Positions 12,892 through 24,594 of a DNA stretch of 64,000 nucleotides are shown here, piece by piece. How positions within the stretch are numbered: position 1 is the stretch's first letter; every line of letters starts with the position of its first letter. The notes below the pieces were generated by a model that was not told the DNA's origin, searched no databases, and worked only from the letters and a program-made list of their open reading frames with translations. This DNA comes from Takakia lepidozioides (Eukaryota; Plantae; Bryophyta), in NCBI GenBank assembly GCA_030704615.1, contig CM060731.1:52204001-52268000 (forward strand), read 5' to 3'. A program made the position numbers and the translations under genes.

Positions 12892-13616
12892 TGTCACGCA
12901 CCTCACTTCGGTAAGCTCCCCTTCAAGTCATAGTTACTCGCTTTGATGCGCGCGCCTGACTCCCAACCTGGCCGCCGGGCCAACTCGGAGCTTCGGCTGC
13001 TCACCGGGACATAACGGTCCCCCTTTGCTCTCCTGAAAGACCCTCCACCTATTTGGGCCTAGTGGAATTCCCTTTGGTAGATGGCAGTCCGGAACAGCTC
13101 CCCACTCTTTGGTCGCTTTTCGGCTCGCTTGCTTACTCACTAGTTTTTGGTCACCAACGGGCTTGCACCGTTCTCGGGGTTACTACTCCCTATATATACT
13201 TCTGTAGCTGTCCGCGGGGGTTTCACAACCAGCCATGCCATTTTATGGCGAACCACCACGAAGACCCTCGACTCCCGGTGGTGAGTCGCGGTGAGTCTTG
13301 GCCCTCTCACCACGACCCCATTGGGCCGTGATGAGTCCCAAGACTCCCCACGACTCCCACCACGAGGTCTCCACCCTATGGTGAGTCCCATGCCACCCCC
13401 ACTAAGACCCGCTAAGCTACCACCACCCCTTGTGGAGCCACCCCCACCGCAACCCGGTGTGCAGGGCTCCACCTAGTGAGCGCCTCCGCCTCCTTGAGTG
13501 CCTTGGACACTCAAGGGTGCTTCAGCCCCCCATACCTATCGCTGCCGCTGCCCCCACCACAGGGGCAGCCCCTCATGTGTCCCGACCCCCCGCCCTCAAG
13601 GCAAAGGGCCGCGACA
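12892..13616 (-). mobile_element. 5' LTR of family B (~725 bp)
   Basis: Minus strand starts TGTCGCG (13616) and ends CGTGACA (12892; CGCGACA in the array copies); TATA-like TATATATAG near 13190-13198; followed by the PBS. Confidence 0.75.
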
Positions 13617-13734
13617 GAACGTCTGCCAAAAGAGGAAGAGGCATCCTCGGAGGATGAGGAAAAATCCGAGAAGGAGCAGGGGGAGGAACAAGTTGGGATC
13701 AAGGCCGAGGAGCCCCCGGTGTACGAGTGAGTGA

Positions 13735-15130
13735 AATGCACACTTACCTGGCAGCTCAAACAGTGTGCGTCAACGCACACTGTTTGAGCCCACCTTGTCA
13801 TTGTTTTTTTCATGTGAAAATCGGCCACAAAGGGCCAGTCTTGCAGGTTCAATGCACACTTACCTGGCACCTCAAACAGTGTGCGTCAACGCACACTGTT
13901 TGAGCTTGTTTTTTTGGTGTGGAAATGGTGCACACAGGGGCCTCTCTGTCTGGTTCAATCCACCCCTAATTTGAAGCTCAAACAGTGTGCGTTTGCGCAC
14001 ACTGTTTGAGCCCCCCTTCTCATTGTTTTTGGAATAATAAAATCGTCGAGACAGGGTATCTCTATGAGGTTCAATGAACAATTTCCTAGCAGCTCAAACA
14101 GTGTGCGCAAACGCACATTGTTTGAGCCCCCCTTCTCATTGTTTTCTTCATAATAAAATCATCCAGACAGGGTAACTCTGTGAGGTTCAATCCACACTAA
14201 CCTGGCAGCTCAAACAGTGTGCGTCAACGCACACTGTTTGAGCCCCCCTTGTAATTGTTTCTTGAATGTGAAAATTGTGCACACAGTCGCCTCTCTCTAA
14301 GGTTCATTCCACCCCTTTTTGGAAGCTCAAACAGTGTGTGGCATTGCACATTGTTTGAGCCCACACTTGACATTATTTTTTCATTGTAGAATCGACCACA
14401 AAGGTCATCTCTGTCAGGTTCAATTCACAATTACCTGGCAGCCCAAAGAGTGTGCGTCAACGCACATTGTTTGAGCCCCCTGATTTGCTTGTTTGACATG
14501 AAAATTGTGCACCTAGGGCCAGTCTGGCAGGTTGCATCCACCCCAAAATGGAAGCTCAAATAGTGTGCGGCAACGCACACTGTTTGAGCCCCCTTCACTG
14601 ACTTTTCTTTTATTTCAAAATCGGCCACTCTTGGCCACTATGCCACGTTAAAATCATCCCTTATTGCAAGCTCAAACAGTGTACGGCAACGCACACTGTT
14701 TGAGCCCCCTTGTCTGCTTGTTTTTTGTTGTGAAAATCGGGCACCTAGGGCCACTCTGGCAGGTTGAAACGAACCCTTATTGGAATCTCAAACAGTGGGC
14801 GGCAACGCACACTGTTTGAGCCCCCTCTCTGCTTGTTTTTCTATGTGAAATTGGGCCAAACAGGGCCAGTATGCATGTTCAAAACACCCATAGTTGGTAG
14901 CACGAAGAGTGTGCAGCAACGCACACTGTTTGTGCCCCCTTTTTGGCCCCCTCTCTGCCTGTTTTTTTTGTGGAAATGTGCCACATAGGGCCAAATATCA
15001 TGTTCAAAACACCACTATTTGGAAGCTGAAACATTGTGCGGCAACACACAGTATTTTCGGCCCCCACACTGCTTGTTTTGTGATGAGAAATTGGGCCACA
15101 TAGGGCCTGTCTGCCATGCTCAAAACACCA
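13735..15130. repeat. Array of 12 units of ~116 bp, each with a 36 bp palindrome
   Basis: GCTCAAACAGTGTGCGT-CA-ACGCACACTGTTTGAGC and variants at ~13754, 13870, 13976, 14092, 14208, 14325, 14441, 14554, 14670, 14786, 14900, 15025. Confidence 0.93.
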
Positions 15131-15184
15131 TCGTTTCATGCCTCTCTCTTATATCAATTTGAATGAACAACTCTGCAGGAGAAG

Positions 15185-18100
15185 ATGCAAAGTGTGGCGG
15201 ATGAGATCCCTTCGGGGCAGGGGAAGGAAATCATTGTTGATGTGGTCGATGAGTTCTATGAAAGCAAAGCTGCTGAGATGCTGGGGGGTCAGAAGGTAAA
15301 CTCTCAGCTTGTGGTGCAAAGTATGCTTGCCCTGGGTGGGAGGTTGAAGATTCCCCTGTGTAGGTTGGTTTCCATGCCCGTCGTTCGTCCACCCCTCATC
15401 AAGGACATCCTGAAGCTGGAGGCCGAGTTTGTTCATGGGTATTTGGATGGATCCGTAGTCTTTTACGTTTCTACAAAGGATTCCAGAGGCAATGAGCTCC
15501 TTGTGGATGAGTCAATCGTGGACTCCTGGGATCCCATTTGGAGACAGGTGAACGAATCCTTCGAACTTCTTCTCTCCAGGAAACCTTCCACCCAGGCATT
15601 CTCAGGGAAGATGTTTCACGTTTGGGATGGCAACCACCGGTTGCTTGCATGGATGGCTGTCATTGGGAGGCTGCACTCACAGGAGGAAGAGTGGCATTAC
15701 TCTGTTCGATCGATGGTGCTGGATTGTGACGGGAACATGATGGGTCTTCTGACGGCAATGAATGATGTGAACAGGTTGGTTTCTCATTCTACATGTTCCA
15801 CTTGTGGTTCCGTAGTTCTTTGGTTCCAGTCCTCTGTTGACGGTCCTTGAATTTCATTCTAACTTTCACACATCATTCTACAGAGGGACGGAGACATCGC
15901 ATGTCAAAATGAGTCTGGTTCACACACTGTACAGATACAAAGGATCGGGCAGATGCCCTTGACCAACTTCAAGATCATCCTTTTAGCAGAGACGTACAAG
16001 AAGTGCAAAAGCTCCAAGACATCAGAAACGTGGTACTCATTGACCCGTGAGGCTTTTATGGAGTATATGTACGCGGTGAGATACATCTTTCATCATCTGG
16101 CCTTTCGATATTCCTGCTTCCACAACCTTCGGACCAGAGTTCCTTCAAGAGGTGAAAAACCATTACAACAAGCCAAGCAAGCCGGAGATGGCCCAGGAGA
16201 AGTTACACAGGTTGTCTATTGCCGTTGTGTCTTCAGAACAGAAGGTGAAGTGGCTACAAATATGGAACTCCGATCCCACTGTTAGGGAAACCCACATGTT
16301 CCCCAGGCCGGAGAAAGAGAAGAAGACCCAGCGTGTCATTCCTGTTAGTGACGTGCTAGACACATGGCTTCACAAGGCCACTTACTGGAGCCAGTTATGA
16401 TGTCATTTGCTGTGTCATTTTCTTTTCGTTTTTTCTGTCTTTTTTTTTCCATGTTACATTGGTTGTGATTGTTTTTGTGTTCATTCTTGCTTCTGTATTG
16501 GTCTGCAGTTGGAGGAAAGGGCCCGGTCGGTTCTACATATGCAGCTGGCTGACTATGGGATCACCATGACAGAACCGAAGGACTCCTTCCAAGCATACAT
16601 GAGGAAATGGAGAGCCACAGTGTGGCAATCTTGTTTCTTCAGAGAGTTCAGCAAGGATGTTGGCATCAGTCGAACAAATGAGCTTGACCAGCAAGAGAAA
16701 GGAGAGGAAGCCTGGAAACGATGCCTTTACAGGTGCGAAATGGACTGTGCTTCTTTGTTTTGCATAGATACAATCTCCTCCATCCAACCTGTTTTTGGCT
16801 GGCTCATATGAGTTTATGGTGGAGTGTAATGTGTTGCATACTCTTTTAGGGGGTCTTCGTGATGGGGTGGAAAAGCTGGGAGACAATATTTGCATTGCAT
16901 AATGAGGTTGTCTATGTTCCTACAGGTACATAAAGTATGTTCTCATGGCAGAGAACTGCTTGGACAAACATCCTGATTTCGTGGACCTTTGGCTTGTCCC
17001 TGCTGGCAACCAGACCATGTTTACTACGGGGATCTTGCATGACTGGGGCCCAGACCATCTTTCTGCTTGTGGTTGGTATTTGGATTGCCCTGCTTCAGAG
17101 ACCCCAGCTTAGGAGGTGTCTTTGAGGAGAGAGAATGAGCGTATAGCAGCTACCGCCGCAGCAGCCGACCTCGACATTCATGAGAGAAATTTGAGGACTC
17201 TTGCAGAGAAGGAGCCTCCCGCTCAAGATACACCGGGTAAAGGTAGAAAGACAAAGGGAAAGGATGTTGCTGGTGGTGTGGGGAAAGGAAGGGGTAGGGG
17301 GAAGGGGGCACAAGGGCAGGTAGGTGGGCAGGGAAGTGTTGCAGATACTGGCCCTCTGGTGGTTGTCCAGCAGACTCCACCGCATGGTAGGGGATCCGGG
17401 AGAAAGAACAAGGGGGTGGTTGATCCCAAGGACCCGTACCATGCAGTGGAGCATCCCACGAGGGTCATTCGCCCTACCAAGTTGGAGATGGCCAACGTCG
17501 GGTTCCTTGCCATGATGGAGTCCAAGAAATCTGATTACAAGGGCGAACCATCACTAGTGTGGGAGAGGATTGTGGAGTTCCTCGGCACGGTGCGTGTTGT
17601 CTTTTGCTTCTTGTCTGTTGTGTGCATGGATCATTTCAATCCTCTTGAGCATTCCATTGCATGCTTGTTTGCAGGCTAAAATGACCAAATCCTAGGTGAA
17701 CGGGAAGGAGAAGCCATATGCAGCCGAACTCATCATCTTGGACATCCCTGATGGGTTGCCAGTCCCGGATGTCCCTCCATCGGGTGCTTGTCCAGGTTGG
17801 AATGCTTTTGATGAGCACTACTAGCGGTGGATTTTCTCCTTTTGCAATTTCTTTCTGTCCGATGCAGGTGTTTTGGTGCTCATCTAGTTCATCGACCTTC
17901 GCTGTCGTCGTGCACTTGTCAGCTACTTGAAAGCCTCCGGTATGAGGGTCGTGAAGACATGGAATTGTGTGAACAACATGTACCTGACGAAGGGGGATCG
18001 TCCCGGAGAGATGGTAAATCTGCCTTCTTATTCCTCTTCTTGGTGGTTCTCGGATGGAGTTGCATAAGTCACTCAAATGAATATGTAGGGGCCTGGTTTT

Positions 18101-18721
18101 CAAGCTTCTTAGTTCCTTGTGTATGTCCTGTTCGCAGACTCGTTTGTTTGAAGCTGTTTGTCTCGTCCAAGTGCATCCACCTTCGTCTCCAGCCGTCATT
18201 AGGGAGTTCGCCATCACTCATGAGGGCAAGTTCATAGACGAGAGGACAGATCCTCCCACGGATGACATGCACCACAACTACGTGGACAACAACGTGTGGG
18301 AATGGGGTTCTTTGGAGAGGGGCCGGGAGAGGAACCCGGCTTTCATTCAGACGATTGTGGAGTGTTGCACCTACACAGACACCAGAGTTCTGGATTTGTC
18401 AATGGGCACAAGTTCGTCTCTTCAACATTTACATTTCGTGAGGTTTGTTTGACCTTGCACTTTCAGCTCTTTCCACCGTTCCAAATGTGTCTTCAATGTC
18501 TGTTTCCTTCATTGTATTCCACTGCAGGTGCCTCATACCACGCTTGCAAGGCCAGTGCGTGACATCTCTTTGGGATTGAAGGGGATGCCGAGATTTACAA
18601 GAACCTCTTGATGGGTTTGGGTGGACACACTTCTCAAGTCTTTCCGAAGCCCCTACCCGCTGATATTGATACAGGGGAGACTTCCGACAAGGAGCTGGAT
18701 GACGACTTTGCCTATGAGTAA
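15185..18721 (+). pseudogene. Spliced ParB/Srx-like + beta-class N4C/N6A DNA methyltransferase-like gene, copy 2 (full length, with stops)
   Basis: Exon 1 has [13 protein letters not shown]. Exon 17675-18013 has AELIILDIPDG (motif IV-like). Exons 18138-18411 and 18528-18721 join to RERNPAFIQTIVECCTYTDTRVLDLSMGT(S)ASYHACKASA*HLFGIEGDAEIY (motifs X-I-II). GT-AG introns keep frame; ends TAA at 18719-18721. Confidence 0.8.
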
Positions 18722-21129
18722 GTTCAACCTGTGGATGCTTGCATTGTTGTTTCAATACCCAGAATCACTGTTCTTAAGGCAAAGTGCACATGGGAGATAT
18801 CCTCTTCGTTGGACTTGTGCATTGCATCATTGTGTTCAAAATTGGTTTTTGTCCACTTGTGCAGGAGTCCGCATCCTTCCACTGACCCTCCAGGGCTATC
18901 ACACCTTTTTGGACTTCTTTCAAGTCCTCCTCAGTCTTACGTCCTACATGTCTATGCGGAGGCACTCGCAGCAAGCATGTCCATTCATGGCACTCGCAGT
19001 CCAACCATCGACGGCTGTGGTAGAAGACGTGGTGCTGGGGCCGGAATCTTTGTGGATGACATAGCACAGAAGGTCGATACTGATTCTGATGACTGTAACA
19101 CTTGATATAAAGTTTTCTTTTGCTTTCATTCGGGGCCAATTTTGAAATGGGATGGTTGTGTGTCCTTGTTGTCATGTTTGCAATGTGTGCGTGGGATGCA
19201 AATTCATGGGAACAAACTATCGTTGGAGATGGGGTTGCATGGACTGCCCGGATTGTTCCTTCAATCTATTTAGTGTTTTGCGGAGCTCACAGGCTTGTGT
19301 GCATTGCAAAAACAAACAAACGTCTTTGGTTCGGGTAGAGCATTCTCGCATCATTTGCTCGTTGGTCTCCAAACCATTCCTGCTAGAAGAATGCTTGGTA
19401 AATCCATCATGATAAAGTCCACATGATCAAAGAGCGTTCAGGCATTCTCAATTCTGGTGAGCATCCATGATGCTCCCGCACATACCGGCATGTTCGCAAG
19501 GGTGGTGAGTAGGAAAATATTTTGCAGGGATCCGCTTTGGATGATGTAAGTGTGCACCTGCTCACGATGTAGGCACATTCCAATGCAGGGGCTTGGTATG
19601 TTGATAACGTCTAAATGGATGCAATGGATAGAAAGGATGGATACAATGGATGTAACACATCCAGTCTGCATTCCCTGGAAATGGCTGATCAACCCGCGGT
19701 AATAGGTGACACCCACGGAAATAGGCCCTGTATGCATGCTGACGTGGCGTGAGCCTGTGTTGGGCTCACGATTTCCTGGGCTCACAAAATAGCACCCCCC
19801 CTCGCCAAAGTACTACGGTGGTCCCATCTTCAGTTACTTTGCTGAACAGACTAGGCAGTCTGTCATTCTATTTGTTCAGATGCCTGTATTGTCGAACAGT
19901 GTAGGGGTAAGAGCATCCCCACCGGTGTGCCTAAATGCCACTGCAACGGTATTCGAGCCCCCGGCCCTGGTATCCACACCGCCGGACGCGTACTTTGGTG
20001 CAGGATATGGGCCCTCGTCAGCCCGGCCGGTACCTGCTAGAGAGACTAAAAAGCACGCATGTGTGCATTTATTGCGTGATGGTAAGGCGGCGTCTGCCAG
20101 GTGGTCCCTCCGCAGCCAGGCACGTCATAAAAAATTACATGTGCAAGGTAGTTTGATGGGGTTGCCGCTGGGGGAGAGGAGTGTTCGAGCTTGCGGGAGG
20201 TTACCGGTGTAGTGGTGTTTAGTGTACCCCCGGTGGAGATGCTCTAAGTTTGCTTTACTGTACATACAGTCTGTTGGATATCATAATGGACTGTACTGTA
20301 GACTGCAGTCCGCAGCCGACAGTCTGTTGGGCATTTATTTTGGAAGATGCATTCGGTTCATCTGTGCTAAAATCCTCATATGTTGCAAGCCATCACTTCC
20401 ATGTGAAAAAATTACTTAAAACGATATGTTTTGCATTGTCACTTATTGTAACTTAGTAATTTGTATAGTTAAGAAATGAAATTCGTAGAGATGAAGTTAA
20501 GCAAGCTTTTGGCACGGAAGTAGTATCCCAACACTATGTATTAAAATTGACACGTAATCCATGTCGTAATAGAGCAAACGTAAGTAGTGTCATTCTCATG
20601 TCATCATAGTAACGTATATGGCATGGATGATTTGTTTGACGACATCCGTGCCACAACCGGTAGGTATTCGTGGCTTGGCAAATTAGAGACGTAGGCATTC
20701 CTCGAGAAGCATGAAGGGGACTGGCAGCATAAGTTCTCATATCTGAGTGCCAGTCTCAATTTGGAGAACGCAAGTATGTGTAACGCAAGGCAATCAACCA
20801 TTGACGATCCTTGTAACACCAACTCAACTCAGAATGTGTGGAGAGTATTGCTAACTCAGCTTTTTGAATAAGTTCTAGAGCTTTGGAATGGAAATCAGCT
20901 CTCATTTCAGGCTTAGGGCTTGATAACTTCACATCATTGCTCATCATCAATCGGTGCTGAGCAGAGATTTGCTAACAAGTCTTTTGTAGGAGCACAATTA
21001 TCCAGTAGAGCTGGGTTGAGCATGCTATGAGAGTTGGATCGCTCACCTATGGGTACACTTCATTGAGGTTTTAGGTTCATAAATATGTTGAAGGTTTTGG
21101 TTTGTACAGGTGAGGCTCCCAAGACATCG

Positions 21130-21873
21130 TCAAGACATTGCAAAAGTCTTGTAAGTTTGTGCGTGGGTTATTTAGGCAAGCATCTTGAAGATTCGATTGA
21201 AGACATACACGACATTGTACCTGCGCGCCTCCCCAGTTCACATATCATGATGTCAGACTCATGCTTCAGCATGACATACAACTCAGGTCTTGGTTTCAGC
21301 AGGGCCAGGATCACCTGAGACAGATACTCTGGGATCATAATCATCTTTTCCTTAAAGGGCAGATGGCCAGGCAATGGCTTGAGACTTCTAAGCATCTCCA
21401 CAAACCACCCAATTCGACGGAGGGTGTATTGCGTACCTATACTGCCCTGGCTAGGAAGAAGGTTGATAGAGCTTGTCTTGACAATGTTCCAGACATGGTA
21501 GGCATTGATGGGATGCCCATGGAACTATTAGTTCAGCACAGAAGCCAGAAAAGTTAGCATAATGTGAAGGAATCCCATGTTTCGGGTTCGTCCAGTAAGG
21601 ATGTATTGGACATGGCAGAGCTGTATGAACAGATCATGGATGACAGAGCACGGAGGAGCTCTCCTATTCCTGAAGGGCTTCCCCACTATATTCGGCCAGG
21701 CCAATCAGCTCCAGTCAGCAGACAGCCATCTCCGCCACGGTCAGATGCGGTTTGGGCTAAAACTCTACGCCCTCGCACTGACTCTCGTCCACGGAAAGGT
21801 GCCCGTTCACCAAGGTACAAAGACCCCACACAATAACCGTGAGGGCACAGTTTTTTCGGAGGGGGAGGGATAA
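21130..21873 (+). mobile_element. 3' internal remnant of a diverged family A gypsy: end of accessory ORF, small basic ORF, PPT
   Basis: QLRSWF..FLKG..VPDMVG matches QIRSWF..FFKG..LPDMVG near 48830-49070; PPT GGAGGGGGAGGGA at 21858-21870. Confidence 0.8.
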
Positions 21874-22666
21874 TGTTATAGGGCTGTCTGGGACTTAGGC
21901 AGAATCGGGGGATTGTGGGTACCCCTAATTTTTGCGCAGCTGTGATACTTCATGGCTGTGTGATCACAGCCCAACACAGGTCACAGTCACAGGGTGTGAC
22001 GACCTGTGACGCTTCATGACTGTATGATCACAACCTGTCACAGGTCACAAAAAGCGGGAACATCACCAGCGGGCACACAATGTAATTACGAGCTGACTGG
22101 CGGTTAGAGGTGCGGTTAGACGGTTAGAGCTTGCAGGTGAAGAGCCAGTGGAAGGGGAGTAAAGGGGATCGCTTCTGGGATGTCGTCTTGGGGGGGGGAG
22201 GGAGGGATCAGCGCGAAAAAGAGGATCTTGATCTTAGGGTTGGAGAGCTTGGTAAAGGAGGAGAGACAATCTGTTGACGCTTGATACATGCAAGCTGTAG
22301 AGATGTACGGTAGAGCAGATTAGAGATACCATGGCTTCGGCCTGAAACATGATAGATTTAAACCTGATTCATATTTCAAACTCACACTGTGTAGAGAGAT
22401 CTGAGTGAAGCTGTGGAATGAATGCTTGAATAAATGGAACATGGTACATTGCAGAAGCAATCTGATACTTAATCATAATCAGTAAGGTAACTTGCTAACA
22501 TGTATACAAGAAGGAATAGAAATAGGAAAGCACCCTCATGATACACTAGTTGTAGGTCATGACTGATTGGTCTGAGCGGGAGGAGTACTTAGAGATATCC
22601 AACTCTTCTATCTTGGAGTTTCCACCTCGGATAACGAAGGGATGGGTGAGTAATAGTCACTCGATA
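21874..22666 (+). mobile_element. 3' LTR of diverged family A copy
   Basis: Starts TGTTA after the PPT; 3' part matches 57780-58103 (..CTCGGATAACGAAGGGATGGGTGAGTAA..). Confidence 0.85.
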
Positions 22667-22669
22667 GTG

Positions 22670-24594
22670 GTGCTAAGGATGTACATGAAGATGCAACAAT
22701 GTTGGCCTACCTTCGTACTGGAGAGACAACAGCCAGTGTGATTGCTAAGAAGAGAGATCGGATCCTACAACAAGCCAAGAGGTTCAAGTGGGAGGGGACT
22801 CACCTACTCCAAGTATGGGAGGATGGACGAGTGAGGATTGTGCCTCATCCAACACAACGAGCGCGATTGGTACGCCATGCCCATGAGGAGTTGGGACATT
22901 TTGGAGTGCGGCGCACTCATACAAGGACAGTACTGGTGGCGGGGCATGCACATGGATGTGCAACAGTTAGTGGCAAGGTGCATGGTTTGTGATAGAGTGT
23001 GGGCTTCTTTCAATGCACCTACTCCACAATTGCATCCTTTACCCATCATGGGTTTGGGCTATCGTTGGAGTCTTGACTTCACAGGCCCATTGCCAGTACT
23101 AACGATTCGCCATAACAAGTATGTGCTGGTGATGGTGGAACACATTTCCAAATGGATTGAACAGTAACATTGCTTGACAAGGCAAGTGAGGGGGGCTGCG
23201 TATGCATTTTTAGATTGAATTCTTAGCCGATTTGGTGCTCCAGCCGAGGTACTCACGGACCATGGGAGAGAGTTCTTGGGGGAGTTTCAGGCTTTGTGTG
23301 AGCAAGCCTTGATAGACCATAGCACTACTTCTCGGGATCATCCCGAGGCTGATGGCTTGGCGGAGAGAGTTGTTCAGACAGTCAAGAGAGGCTTACGCAA
23401 GTATGGCTTGCAGAAGGGACATGGCACTTGCAGGATTGGGTGGATCAAAAGCGGCACATATTGAGTCCATTGGAAGTCCATGGATTTTATTTTATTTTGA
23501 ATCTATTGCATTCAGTTTATTTAAAAAAAAAATATATATTAGTATATATAACATTTTTAGTAATGAGTCCCTCCTCAAAGATTGAAAATATTCTTTACTA
23601 GATATTTTAATCTTTAATTTGAAGAAACATTTAGACATCAAAATCTAGAGTTTACAACCACTTGTCCATATACCACCTAGCACCTCTAGATTATAGGTTT
23701 GTATGCTTTTTTAGTAAAAGAAGACACCTACAAACCCCAAAACATAAGCTGTTATGGACTAGAGCAAATCAAACCTGTTTTTAGGTGCAAAATAGTCTAT
23801 AGCTCTCAATTCCTAAGATAATTAGTCCACATAAAAGTGGATTTGGGTTGGGTTTAAAAATGGCACCCCTAGTGTGTTTTCCTTTGTATCATTGTATGAG
23901 TGTACATGATGTTTTTTCAGTCCATAAGATTTTCTGTGTAACATCTGCAGTCCACAGTACTCAACTTGAAAGTCCATGGCTCTCTGGTACATGATTGTTT
24001 TTGCAATCTAACAATCGGTACACATACCTATTGTATTAAAAAACCCTACACCATATAAATTTAGATGAAATATTGAGTTGTTGAACAAATATGGGTAAAA
24101 CCATGTAGGGAGGTCACTGTAGAAACTGCCATGTTACGCAAAAATTGAGACACCCAATCCTGCAAATACCCGACACTTAGGAGATTGGGACCTCCAGCTA
24201 CCTTGGTTGGCCATGGGCTACAGGTTTAGCAAGCAAGCATCACTTGTCTCATTCTCACATTATTTTCTTCTCTTCGGCCGAGAGCCAGATTTGCCTGTAT
24301 CTATTCGCAGGGAGACTGCAGTAGTCCTTAACCTTGATGATCCGGATGTGTGGACACAAACATGTGCCCAACGGGCAGAGTTGTTTAAGAGAGTCATGCC
24401 TATGGTTTTTGATAACCTTGCTATTGCCCAACATCGAGACACATTGAGGTACGTCACTATACGTGGAGGAGGATATTGGCCAGGTGTTTAGCGTTTCCAC
24501 CCTGGGGACTATGTGTATGTGCAGCAGACAACGCCTACAAACTTGGATGTCACAGCAGGACGTGTGATTCTAAGGTCCGGGAGGTGTTGCCTTC
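22670..24594 (+). mobile_element. Degenerate Ty3/gypsy integrase of a third family, interrupted by a 750 bp insertion
   Basis: HEELGHFG, CMVCDR, WSLDFTGPLP, DHPEADGLAERVVQTVKR, WDLQLPW; frameshifts and stops. Confidence 0.88.
23422..24171. mobile_element. Non-autonomous TIR element (750 bp, AT-rich), 21 bp TIR, 4 bp TSD GACA
   Basis: Left TGGCACTTGCAGGATTGGGTG, right CACCCAATCCTGCAAATACCC; GACA at 23418-21 and 24172-75; removing it restores the integrase frame KGHLGDWDLQLPW. Confidence 0.88.

Larger units (their letters stand above)
13617..19820. mobile_element. Right part of a putative Mutator-like DNA transposon carrying the ParB-MTase gene
   Basis: Ends ..CTACGGTG at 19820 after GTGAGC/GCTCAC motifs; its reverse complement resembles the transposase element end at 53573. 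Confidence 0.55.

Noticed and set aside
13735-15130. CRISPR array (36 bp palindromic repeats at regular spacing)
   Set aside because: The ~80 bp spacers are homologous to each other, repeats are degenerate, no cas genes, eukaryotic context.
15185-18721. Bacterial or phage contamination as source of the ParB-MTase
   Set aside because: Frame-preserving GT-AG introns, three diverged copies, and interleaving with plant LTR elements.
19880-21100. Short ORFs between the DNA element end and the gypsy remnant
   Set aside because: No recognisable motifs or splice pattern.
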